Shown: in pieces, positions 9,613-18,230 of the stretch
How positions within the stretch are numbered: the first letter of the stretch is position 1
Layout: the number at the start of each line of letters is the position of its first letter
Assembly: GCA_963667255.1 (NCBI GenBank)
Contig: OY762940.1
Span: forward strand, 1,175,702 to 1,239,701
Direction of reading: 5' to 3'
Length of the DNA stretch: 64,000 bases
Source: Candidatus Cloacimonadota bacterium
GTDB lineage: Bacteria; Cloacimonadota; Cloacimonadia; G963667145
Notes under the pieces: generated by a model
What the model saw: only the letters and a program-made list of their open reading frames with translations
Told to the model about the DNA's origin: nothing
Databases searched by the model: none
Position numbers and translations under genes: made by a program

Positions 9613-11181
9613 ATGAAACGATTGGTTATTGGGATGGGGACTTGTGGCAAATCTGTCGGAGCCGGCAAGGTTTTGGAGAAAGCTCGCGAGTTATTGAGCC
9701 GGAATAAAAGCTTGGTTGAGTTGGACACCACAGGTTGTATCGGTATGTGCTATAACGAGCCGTTGGTTTTTGTGGAAGGCGAAGACCATCAACGGACAGT
9801 GTATGCTCGCGTTACTCCAGAAGTTTTGGAAACGATTTTTGAGGAGCATCTGCTGGGTGATAATGTCGTTATAAGTCACAGGATAATGGACCAGCAAGCG
9901 AATTTGGCAAAAGCTTTTTTCCCCAAACAAAAGAGGATTGCCATAAGAAATATTGGGAAACTCAATCCGGAATCTTTCGAAGATTATGAGAATAGGGAAG
10001 GCTTCAGGGCGTTACAAAAGGTCTTAGAAAGTTCAAAGAATGCGATTTTGTCTGTTTTGCAAAGTTGTGGTTTTGAAAATCTCGGAAAATATGAGAATAG
10101 TGCTGTAGATAATATTCCGAAGAAGAAAACGGTCATAATCTGCAATGCAGATTGTTGGGAAAATTCTGCCTTCATTGACAGGTCGCTTTTGGAAGGCAAT
10201 CCGTTTCTAATTATCGAGGGAATGCTGATTGCCGGTTACGCTCTTGGTGCTGACGAAGGCTACATTTCAGTTAGTTCTGAGTTCCCTTACGCAATTGAAT
10301 TTTTGCAAAATGCGATAGAAATCTTAAAAGAAAATAGGGTTCTTGGCAAAAATATTTTTGGAAGTGATTTTAGTTTTGATTTGCATATAAGAGAGGGAGT
10401 TGGAGAGTTTATCGGCATTGGCGACACCTTTTTAGCCTCAAGAGTTGAGAAGAGCGATAGCTTCGTAGAGGTAGAAAATTTTGCTTTCGCCAACTTTGGC
10501 TTGACCAATACTCTTGTTGAGATTGGGACTACCGAGATTTTTGCCAAAATTCCGTGGATAATCTTGAATGGTGCGGAGGAGTGTAAGCAAAATCAGACAA
10601 AAGTTTTGGTCATTTCTGGTAAGATTAACCGCTCGGGATTGATAGAAGCCCCTATTGGAGCAACATTTAGAGAGATAATTTTTGATATTGGCGGTGGGAT
10701 GAAAGATGATGGCATGTTCAAGGCTGCGTTGGTAGGTGGTCTTTCGGGCTTTTGTATTTCGGAGGAACAGTTGGATTTCCCCATAGATTGTGAGTCAATT
10801 GCCCAGATAGGATTTGCTGCGGATTTTAGCAACATCGTTGTGATGGACGAAAGTTCTTGTATGGTTGATGTGGCGAGACATTCGCTTTTATTTGCATTGA
10901 GAGAGAGTTGCGGTAAATGTTTGTCGTGCAGAATAGGGGTAAGAAAACTGTTTGATATTTTAGAAAGAATAGTAGCTGGCAAGGGGAGAAGTGAAGATTT
11001 GGACACTCTTCGGGAGATAGCTGAGGATATCAAAAAATCTGCTTGTTGTGTCGTTGGGAAATCTGCTGCCGATACGGTTTTGTCAACATTGGAATTTTTT
11101 AAAGCCGAATATATTGAGCATATAGAAGGGAAAAAATGTCGTGCGGAAGTTTGCAAATTTGGAGTCACGGAGGTTGTTTAA
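9613..11181 (+). CDS. NADH dehydrogenase 51-kDa subunit (NuoF/HoxF)-like flavoprotein with N-terminal thioredoxin-like NuoE-type domain
   Basis: N-terminal MGTCGKSVGAGKV...CIGMC (NuoE-like 2Fe-2S fold). C-terminal ESCGKCLSCRIG is the 4Fe-4S motif of NuoF. No other complex I subunit genes in the window. Confidence 0.6.
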   Translation: MKRLVIGMGTCGKSVGAGKVLEKARELLSRNKSLVELDTTGCIGMCYNEPLVFVEGEDHQRTVYARVTPEVLETIFEEHLLGDNVVISHRIMDQQANLAKAFFPKQKRIAIRNIGKLNPESFEDYENREGFRALQKVLESSKNAILSVLQSCGFENLGKYENSAVDNIPKKKTVIICNADCWENSAFIDRSLLEGNPFLIIEGMLIAGYALGADEGYISVSSEFPYAIEFLQNAIEILKENRVLGKNIFGSDFSFDLHIREGVGEFIGIGDTFLASRVEKSDSFVEVENFAFANFGLTNTLVEIGTTEIFAKIPWIILNGAEECKQNQTKVLVISGKINRSGLIEAPIGATFREIIFDIGGGMKDDGMFKAALVGGLSGFCISEEQLDFPIDCESIAQIGFAADFSNIVVMDESSCMVDVARHSLLFALRESCGKCLSCRIGVRKLFDILERIVAGKGRSEDLDTLREIAEDIKKSACCVVGKSAADTVLSTLEFFKAEYIEHIEGKKCRAEVCKFGVTEVV

Positions 11182-11638
11182 CATCGTTTTATATCAGCCG
11201 GAAATAGCTCTGAATACTGGCAATATCGGGCGACTTTGCGTTGGTAGTGGCTCAAAGTTGCATCTGATAAGACCGATGAGATTTATGATAGATGATAAGA
11301 GTATTCGTCGTTCGGGACTCGATTATTGGGAGAAGTTGCACTATCGACTTTATGATGATTGGGAAGATTTTTTGAGCTCCAATTCCGGCGGACGGTTCTA
11401 CCTTGCCACAACTAAATCGAGCAGGGTTTACTCTTCCGTTACCTATGAAGAGAACGATTTCTTGATTTTTGGTCCGGAAAGCAGAGGATTGCCGGAAGAG
11501 ATTTTGAACAAGTATTCCGCCAGCACCATTACTATCCCTATGCATCCCGACATTCGCTCTATTAATCTCAGCAATAGCGTGGCGATTGTTTTGTATGAGG
11601 CTGGCAGACAAAGAGGTTTTGAATGGAAAAGTTTGTAA
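11141..11638 (+). CDS. trmL: tRNA (cytidine/uridine-2'-O)-methyltransferase TrmL (SpoU family)
   Basis: FNIVLYQPEIALNTGNIGRLC matches the TrmL N-terminus. The ORF-track start is GTG at 11141. A TTG at 11174 (MFNIVLY...) may be the true start. Confidence 0.75.
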   Translation: MRKFANLESRRLFNIVLYQPEIALNTGNIGRLCVGSGSKLHLIRPMRFMIDDKSIRRSGLDYWEKLHYRLYDDWEDFLSSNSGGRFYLATTKSSRVYSSVTYEENDFLIFGPESRGLPEEILNKYSASTITIPMHPDIRSINLSNSVAIVLYEAGRQRGFEWKSL

Positions 11639-12873
11639 TTAATGGAAAAAAGAAGCTCTCTGGTTCGGTTCGTATCGGAGGAGCAAAAAACGCTGTTTTG
11701 CCTATTATGGCTGCTGCGATGCTTGCCAGAGGCGAGTTTGTTTTGGAAAACATTCCTCAACTCCAAGACATAAAATTTATGTCTCATCTTTTGGAAACCA
11801 TGGGTGTGAAGGTTGAGCATGTTGGCTCCACGATGAGATTGAACACGGGAAATGTGTTTTTTCAGGAAGCTCCCTACGATATAGTCCGCAAGATGCGGGC
11901 GTCTATCTATGTGTTGGCTCCGCAACTTGCTCTGATGGGAAAAGCTGTGGTTTCTTTCCCCGGAGGTTGTGCCATAGGTGCTCGTCCTGTCGATTTGCAC
12001 TTGAAAGCGATGGAGGCTTTGGGGGCTAAGATTCAAATCAATCACGGAAATATTTCGGCTTCAGTAAGCAAATTAAAAGGTTGTTCGTTCTATTTTGAAA
12101 AGATTTCCGTAGGGGCTACAGCCAATATGTTGATGGCGGCTTGTTTGGCTGAAGGAGAAACGATAATAGACAATGTTGCCAAAGAGCCTGAAATTGCCGA
12201 TTTGTGTAACTTCCTGATGAAAATGGGTGCTAATATTTCAGGGATAGGAAGCTCTACCCTAAAAGTGCAGGGCGTTTCTTCTTTGCACGCTTGCGATTAT
12301 GAGGTTATTCCCGATAGAATAGAGGCGGGAACTTTTCTTTTGGCAGGAGCGATTACAAAAAGCGAGATTACTGTAGATAACTGTGTCCCTGAGCAATTAA
12401 AAGCACTTTTGCAGAAGATGGAAGAAACTGGATGCAAATTCACTATCGGCGAAAGGAAAATAACCGTTCATCCACCGAAAAAGATATTGTCGGCAAAAAA
12501 AGTTATAACTTCGGAATATCCGGGGTTTCCCACCGATTTGCAGGCACAATTTATGGCATATATGGGGATTTCCGCTGGGAGTTGCATCATTGAGGATGTG
12601 ATTTTCCCTGACCGCTTTATGCATGTCGCCGAGCTTAGTCGCTTGGGAGCAAATATCCAGATTGATAAGAATATAGCACTTGTGGAGGGCGTGGACTCTT
12701 ATAGTGGAGCCAAAGTTATGGCAACAGATTTACGAGCCAGTGCCGCTTTGGTTTTGGCAGGTCTTGCCAGCGACAATACTACGGAAATAATGAGAATTTA
12801 TCATATCAGAAGAGGTTACGAACAGATAGAAGAAAAACTGCGAAAGTTGGGTGCAGATATCAAAGCCATCTAA
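11623..12873 (+). CDS. murA: UDP-N-acetylglucosamine 1-carboxyvinyltransferase
   Basis: 416 aa. GGAKNAVLPIMAA and catalytic-loop Cys context (FPGGCAIGARPVDLH). Confidence 0.9.
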   Translation: MEKFVINGKKKLSGSVRIGGAKNAVLPIMAAAMLARGEFVLENIPQLQDIKFMSHLLETMGVKVEHVGSTMRLNTGNVFFQEAPYDIVRKMRASIYVLAPQLALMGKAVVSFPGGCAIGARPVDLHLKAMEALGAKIQINHGNISASVSKLKGCSFYFEKISVGATANMLMAACLAEGETIIDNVAKEPEIADLCNFLMKMGANISGIGSSTLKVQGVSSLHACDYEVIPDRIEAGTFLLAGAITKSEITVDNCVPEQLKALLQKMEETGCKFTIGERKITVHPPKKILSAKKVITSEYPGFPTDLQAQFMAYMGISAGSCIIEDVIFPDRFMHVAELSRLGANIQIDKNIALVEGVDSYSGAKVMATDLRASAALVLAGLASDNTTEIMRIYHIRRGYEQIEEKLRKLGADIKAI

Positions 12874-12890
12874 TTGATTTAACTTTAGAT

Positions 12891-12927
12891 AAAAAAAAGA
12901 GGTCGCAAGTTTTGTGACCTCTTTTCC
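12891..12927. terminator. bidirectional rho-independent terminator between convergent murA and amidohydrolase genes
   Basis: aaaaaaaagaggtcgcaagttttgtgacctctttt. A GC stem flanked by an A-run and a T-run. Confidence 0.6.
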
Positions 12928-12943
12928 GGTTTTAAGACTAAAT

Positions 12944-14350
12944 CTACTTTTCTCTTTTCGTAAAATCTATGCCTGTGGACTTGCAAGCTTTTTCCAAAAT
13001 TCTTCCAGCTAACTCATTTTGTCGTTTTATTAAGTTGTTAATATCAAAATTGTGTTTACCGTTTTCGATGATAATCTCTCCATTTATGATGGAAGTGTCC
13101 ACGGAATTGGTGTCTTGGCAGAAAATCAAAGCGGCAACAGGGTCGCTCATCCCACCGGCATAAGCAATCCTATTCATATCAAAAGCAACGATATCTGCAC
13201 ATTTGCCTTCTTCCAAGCTACCAATATCGTCTCGACCCAAAGCCAAAGCTCCGCCTTTGGTAGCCATCCACAGAACATCGCGGGCAGAGAGCCAATTTTT
13301 CTTATCTTCGCGGAGTCGAGACAACAACATAGCAAGTCTTGCTTCAGCCAGCATATTCGAGGAATCGTTGGAGGCAGAGCCGTCCACGCCCAGCCCTACG
13401 CTCACTCCGGCATCTAACATCTCTCTTATTCTGGCAATTCCCGAGCCAAGACGCATATTGGACGAGGGGCAATGGGAAATTCCCATTCTTCTTTCTCCCA
13501 TTAGGCTTATCTCTTCATCACTCAGGTGGATTGAGTGAGCTGTCCAAGAGTTTTGGGCAATCCAACCCAAATCGTCCAAGTATTTTGCTGGACGAGCACC
13601 AAATTTTTCCAAGCAGAAATTCTCTTCATCTTTTGTCTCAGCAAGGTGAGTGTGAATCATCAAATTATGCTCTTTGGCAAACTTTGCGACATCTTTCATT
13701 TGCTCGCCTGTAACAGAAAACGGAGAGCACGGTGCGAGGCTAATTCGGAGCATAGAGCCGTATGATGAGTCGTGATAGAGATTGAGAAGCCTTTTGCTAT
13801 CTTCCAAAATCTCGTCAGTATTTTGCACCACATTGTCGGGTGGTAGCCCTCCGTCTTTGTCGGAAAGTGTCATGGAGCCTCGTGTAGGTTGGAAACGGAT
13901 TTTTAGCTCTTTCGCAGCACGGATTTCTTCGTCAATCAGTTTCCCGTCAGTGTCTTTTGGGAATAAATACATATGGTCGGAAGAGGTCGTGCAACCTGTT
14001 AGCATCAATTCCAATAGCCCGACTTTTGCGGAGATGTAAACGCATTCGTTATCAATCCCTTTCCACACTTTGTAGTGGTTTGTGAGCCAAGGGAAAAGCT
14101 CTTTATCTTGCATTCGGGGGACATTGCGGGTCAAAGTCTGAAAGAGATGATGATGGCAATTCACCATACCCGGCATTACCAATTTGCCACTGGCATCGAT
14201 TACCTTATCAAATTTTTCGTCAGCTTTCGGGGAATAGTTCATAGATTTGATAATGTTGTTCTCTATCAAGATGCAAACATTTTTCAATTCGTCTTTGTTC
14301 TGATTTTGGGTTATCACAATCAGTGGATTTTTAATTAAAATTTTACTCAT
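12944..14350 (-). CDS. amidohydrolase-family nucleobase/nucleoside deaminase (MtaD / 8-oxoguanine deaminase-like)
   Basis: 468 aa. HxH metal site (VNCHHHLFQT). HTHLAETKDE. Conserved late-His and Asp regions (SSNMRLGSGIA, GVDGSASNDSSNM). Confidence 0.7.
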   Translation of the reverse strand: MSKILIKNPLIVITQNQNKDELKNVCILIENNIIKSMNYSPKADEKFDKVIDASGKLVMPGMVNCHHHLFQTLTRNVPRMQDKELFPWLTNHYKVWKGIDNECVYISAKVGLLELMLTGCTTSSDHMYLFPKDTDGKLIDEEIRAAKELKIRFQPTRGSMTLSDKDGGLPPDNVVQNTDEILEDSKRLLNLYHDSSYGSMLRISLAPCSPFSVTGEQMKDVAKFAKEHNLMIHTHLAETKDEENFCLEKFGARPAKYLDDLGWIAQNSWTAHSIHLSDEEISLMGERRMGISHCPSSNMRLGSGIARIREMLDAGVSVGLGVDGSASNDSSNMLAEARLAMLLSRLREDKKNWLSARDVLWMATKGGALALGRDDIGSLEEGKCADIVAFDMNRIAYAGGMSDPVAALIFCQDTNSVDTSIINGEIIIENGKHNFDINNLIKRQNELAGRILEKACKSTGIDFTKREK

Positions 14351-14446
14351 TTTGTCTCCTTGTCAAAAAACTCATCCGCAATAGCCACAAATTTGAATTT
14401 TTTTGTCAAATTTTTTATGTTTTTGTGTAATAAATAAACAAAACTG

Positions 14447-14514
14447 TTGACATTTTCATTATAACTATAATAAAGTCATTTAAAATCACAAAAAGTCATT
14501 ATTCAGGAGAGAAT
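14447..14514 (+). promoter_or_regulatory. putative mraZ/dcw promoter with two direct repeats (possible MraZ operator)
   Basis: TTGACA at 14447-14452. AT-rich -10 candidates at 14466-14474. aaagtcatt repeated at 14472-14480 and 14492-14500 (20-bp period) just upstream of the mraZ ATG. Confidence 0.3.
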
Positions 14515-14949
14515 ATGTCCGGAAGGTTTAATGGAATTTCAGAGGTAACGCTAAACCAATACAGGATTGTTATACCTACTCAGATGAAAGAAAAATTTTC
14601 TCCAGAATCTTTTGGCAGAGTGGTTTTGACAATCGGTGTAGGCAAGTCTATCGCTCTATATCCGCTGGATAATTGGGACGAATATTGTGCGAGAATGGAA
14701 GAGGGGACGGACGAGCAAGTTGCGATTATTGACTATTTGGCAGATTATGCAAAAGAGCAAAAAATTGAGGCTTCAGGTCGTGTTAAAATTTGCCAAGAGC
14801 TTTTGGAATATGCAGGCATAGATGAGAAGGCTATTTTAAAAGGGAACGGTAACTACATTTCACTTTGGTCGCCAGAAGAGCACAAACTGAAAATTGAAGA
14901 AGGACTTAAAAAATTCCCGAATTTAACCCCAAAAGATTTGAGAGGATAA
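14515..14949 (+). CDS. mraZ: transcriptional regulator MraZ
   Basis: 144 aa. Duplicated MraZ/SpoVT-AbrB-like halves. First gene of the dcw cluster. Confidence 0.8.
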   Translation: MSGRFNGISEVTLNQYRIVIPTQMKEKFSPESFGRVVLTIGVGKSIALYPLDNWDEYCARMEEGTDEQVAIIDYLADYAKEQKIEASGRVKICQELLEYAGIDEKAILKGNGNYISLWSPEEHKLKIEEGLKKFPNLTPKDLRG

Positions 14950-14950
14950 T

Positions 14951-15847
14951 GTGACTAAACATATACCTGTGTTGTTGGACGAGAGTATTGATTTGTTAAA
15001 TATCAAATCTAACGGCGTTTATGTTGACCTTACGCTGGGCGAAGCCGGACACACCAAGAAAATTTTGGAATCTAATCCTGATTGTTTTGTTTTTGGCATC
15101 GATAGAGACCAAAGAGCCATTGACTACGGGACAAAAGTTTTGTCTGACTTTATGGGAAGATTTACACTAATCAAAACTGACTTTGCATCTTTCCGCTCGG
15201 AATTGGCTTTGCACAAGGTTGGCAAAGTTGACGGAATTTTATTGGATTTGGGGGTTTCGACTGTGCAAGTGTTATCAGCGGAGAGAGGGTTCAGCTACAC
15301 CAACGACGGACAATTGGATATGCGGATGGACACTTCGTCTGAGTTGAGTGCGAAGAAGGTGATTAACACTTTCAGCAGAGACGAACTAAAGCGAATAATT
15401 TATGAATTTGGCGAAGAGAAGAAAGCTGGATATTATGCCAGTCAAATTGAAAAAAATCGACCGTTGGAGACTACAGCCGAGTTGGCGGAGATAATTGGCA
15501 AGCACGACAAAAAATCTTTGTCCAGAGTGTTTCAGGCGTTCAGAATATTTGTAAACAAAGAGTTGGAGCAGATTTCCGAAGTTATCCCCAAAGCGATAGA
15601 TGCGTTAAAAATAGGTGGCAGATTGGTGATAATTTCCTACCACAGCAAGGAAGACAGAATTGTGAAGTCGCTATTCAAACAATATGCAGAGAGTTGTATC
15701 TGTCCGCCTGGGTTGCCCGAATGCACTTGCGGGCATCAAGCCAAATTAAAGATTTTAACCAAAAAACCTATAACACCATCTGAATTGGAAATTGAAAAAA
15801 ATAACAGGGCAAGAAGTGCCAAGTTGAGAGTGGCAGAAAGGAGATAA
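14951..15847 (+). CDS. rsmH: 16S rRNA (cytosine1402-N4)-methyltransferase
   Basis: HIPVLLDE, DLTLGEAGHT and DLGVS motifs. Follows mraZ. Confidence 0.9.
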   Translation: MTKHIPVLLDESIDLLNIKSNGVYVDLTLGEAGHTKKILESNPDCFVFGIDRDQRAIDYGTKVLSDFMGRFTLIKTDFASFRSELALHKVGKVDGILLDLGVSTVQVLSAERGFSYTNDGQLDMRMDTSSELSAKKVINTFSRDELKRIIYEFGEEKKAGYYASQIEKNRPLETTAELAEIIGKHDKKSLSRVFQAFRIFVNKELEQISEVIPKAIDALKIGGRLVIISYHSKEDRIVKSLFKQYAESCICPPGLPECTCGHQAKLKILTKKPITPSELEIEKNNRARSAKLRVAERR

Positions 15848-15849
15848 AG

Positions 15850-16149
15850 ATGAGGAGATTGATGATAGCTTTTTCGGTATTGTTGCTGTTTTTTGTGGTA
15901 ATTGGGGAATTGAACAAGCAAGTTTTGCGTGAAAACACGAAAAAAATTAATATGTTGGAAAATTCTAACAGTCTTCTAATTGCGGAAAATAAGGACATTG
16001 AAAGCAAGGTTAATCAGTTGACACAGGAAGTTAAAGAAAAAATATTGTCGAATGGGAGCTTGAGTATGATTACTCCCAAAGAGATTTTTTATGCTAAAGT
16101 TGAAAAAGAGGAAGTTAATTTGGTATTTGTATTTACCGATAAAATATGA
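15850..16149 (+). CDS. ftsL: cell division protein FtsL-like
   Basis: 99 aa. Single N-terminal TM plus coiled coil. Conserved position between rsmH and ftsI. Confidence 0.55.
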   Translation: MRRLMIAFSVLLLFFVVIGELNKQVLRENTKKINMLENSNSLLIAENKDIESKVNQLTQEVKEKILSNGSLSMITPKEIFYAKVEKEEVNLVFVFTDKI

Positions 16150-18230
16150 AATTCATTAAGGTCGCCAATTTTACAATTCTTATTATTATGCTTGTTTATT
16201 TGTTTATAATACAGGTTTTTGACCCGTTTGATTTGGCAAAAGTATGGCGATCGCGACACATTCCGCACAAAAAAATTCTAATCGCTAAAAGAGGCGATTT
16301 TTTGGATCGTTCCGGACGAGTTTTGGTTAGTTCGGACGATTTTTATCAAATAGACATCGACAAAAACCTCTTGAGCATTCATTCACGCAGAACAGGGGAC
16401 GATTTATTGTCTATCTACTATTCGGTTGCCAGGATTTTGGACGATAATCTCAAAATGAGAACTCATCCGCTGCTCACTAAATCTTCGAGTCTTGAGTCGG
16501 TTTATATCAAAAACATGGTGCCAGCAACAGTTGTGAAGAGTATTATTGATGAGTTTAACAAGGCGAATTTGCCTTTGCCCTTGATTTCCTACAACGGCTC
16601 TAAACGGAATTACCTTTCTCAATTGGATTTGGAACCGATAATCGGAGAAGCTAAAAGTGTGAGCAAAATGGTTACAGATAGCAGGATTATTCGTGAAAAT
16701 TTGGTTGGTCTCAGTGGTCTGGAAAAGTTTTTTGAAACAAATTTGCATGGGGAAGACGGATGGCGAAAATTTTATGTAAACGGAACTCCTTACATTAGAA
16801 AGAACTACGAGACAGAAGCCAAAGATGGTGCAAACATTGTCTTAACTATTGATGGGGAAATTCAAAAAATTTTGACTTCGACTTTGCGAGACGGAATAAA
16901 AAAGTATGGTGCTAAATCTGCGATGGGGATAGTGATGAACCCCAATACCGGTGAAATCTTGGCGAGCTGCGGATACGACAATAAAAACGGGAAAGTTTCC
17001 TTGCCGTTCATAAATTATTCGATTTCTTACCTCTTCGAGCCGGGTTCGACTATCAAGCCATTCATTTTGCAGTTGGCACTGGATAATGGGCTTTTTGACT
17101 TAAATTCCAAGATTGATTGTTCTCCTTACAAAGTGAAAGGCGAGACTAGAACTATCAGAGACCATGAGTCCGATAGCAGAAAAAGCGACACCTTAAACTT
17201 GGAGCAAATTTTACAATATTCGTCTAATGTGGGCGTGATGAAGATTGTGGAAAAAGTAGGTGGAGAGTCGCTCTATAACAGACTGAAAAAGTTGGGGTTT
17301 GGCTCATATCTTCTGACGGATATGTATGGCGAGGAACCGGGGATTTTACGCGACCCATCTCAATGGAGTGGATACACGCTGACCTCTTTGTCCATCGGTC
17401 ATGAGATTGCCCTTACACCCGTGCAATTGGCGAGTGCTTATGCCAGTATCGCTAATGGTGGTTACCTTCTTCGACCTTATATCGTAAAAAGGATTGAACT
17501 ACCCAATGGGAAATCTATTGTTAAAAGCAAAAAAATTCTTTCAAAAATTTCCACCAATGAAAACATTAAGACAATCAAAAGTATGATGAGTAAAGTTGTG
17601 GAGGGCGGAACTGCTGTCCAAACCAACATCAAAAATATGCATATTGCGGGGAAGACGGGAACTGCTGAAGAATTGGGAAGAAGTCAGAAAGATAATTTGG
17701 TGCATTCGTCTTCGTTTTGTGGTTTTTTCCCTATCGCAAATCCGAAGTATCTAATTCTTATTGTGTATGAAGGGGCGAAGGGGAAATATCGTTACGCTGC
17801 ACAGTCTGCCGTTCCGACATTTCGCCAAATCGTAACCAAGATGATGGTTGACCCCGATATCAATGTTGTGGGCAAGGAGAAGATTTTGGAGATGCCTAAT
17901 TTTATTGGACTGAACAAAGCTGAAGTTAATCGTATTTTGGAAGAAAAGGAAATATTTGGCAAGATAATCCAAAAGCAAGTGAAAGACTCAATTGTGGTTG
18001 ACCAGTTTCCTAAGTCGCACTTGAAGTTTGCCACCGGAATACCCATATCGATAATTATGGGGAATGAAAAAGATTTAGAGGTAAAAGATTCGCTGAATTT
18101 TGTAGGATTAACAATGCGTGAGGCTTTTAGTTTAGCAAAAGAGCAAAACATCAACATTGAAGTTACAGGCTCAGGTGTTATCAAATCCCAAGACGATTTT
18201 GGATTTATATTTGATTTGAGGGCAGAATGA
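16146..18230 (+). CDS. ftsI: penicillin-binding protein 2x/FtsI-type transpeptidase with two C-terminal PASTA domains
   Basis: STIKP (SxxK), SSN and KTGTAE motifs. Two PASTA-like repeats at the C-terminus. Confidence 0.85.
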   Translation: MKFIKVANFTILIIMLVYLFIIQVFDPFDLAKVWRSRHIPHKKILIAKRGDFLDRSGRVLVSSDDFYQIDIDKNLLSIHSRRTGDDLLSIYYSVARILDDNLKMRTHPLLTKSSSLESVYIKNMVPATVVKSIIDEFNKANLPLPLISYNGSKRNYLSQLDLEPIIGEAKSVSKMVTDSRIIRENLVGLSGLEKFFETNLHGEDGWRKFYVNGTPYIRKNYETEAKDGANIVLTIDGEIQKILTSTLRDGIKKYGAKSAMGIVMNPNTGEILASCGYDNKNGKVSLPFINYSISYLFEPGSTIKPFILQLALDNGLFDLNSKIDCSPYKVKGETRTIRDHESDSRKSDTLNLEQILQYSSNVGVMKIVEKVGGESLYNRLKKLGFGSYLLTDMYGEEPGILRDPSQWSGYTLTSLSIGHEIALTPVQLASAYASIANGGYLLRPYIVKRIELPNGKSIVKSKKILSKISTNENIKTIKSMMSKVVEGGTAVQTNIKNMHIAGKTGTAEELGRSQKDNLVHSSSFCGFFPIANPKYLILIVYEGAKGKYRYAAQSAVPTFRQIVTKMMVDPDINVVGKEKILEMPNFIGLNKAEVNRILEEKEIFGKIIQKQVKDSIVVDQFPKSHLKFATGIPISIIMGNEKDLEVKDSLNFVGLTMREAFSLAKEQNINIEVTGSGVIKSQDDFGFIFDLRAE

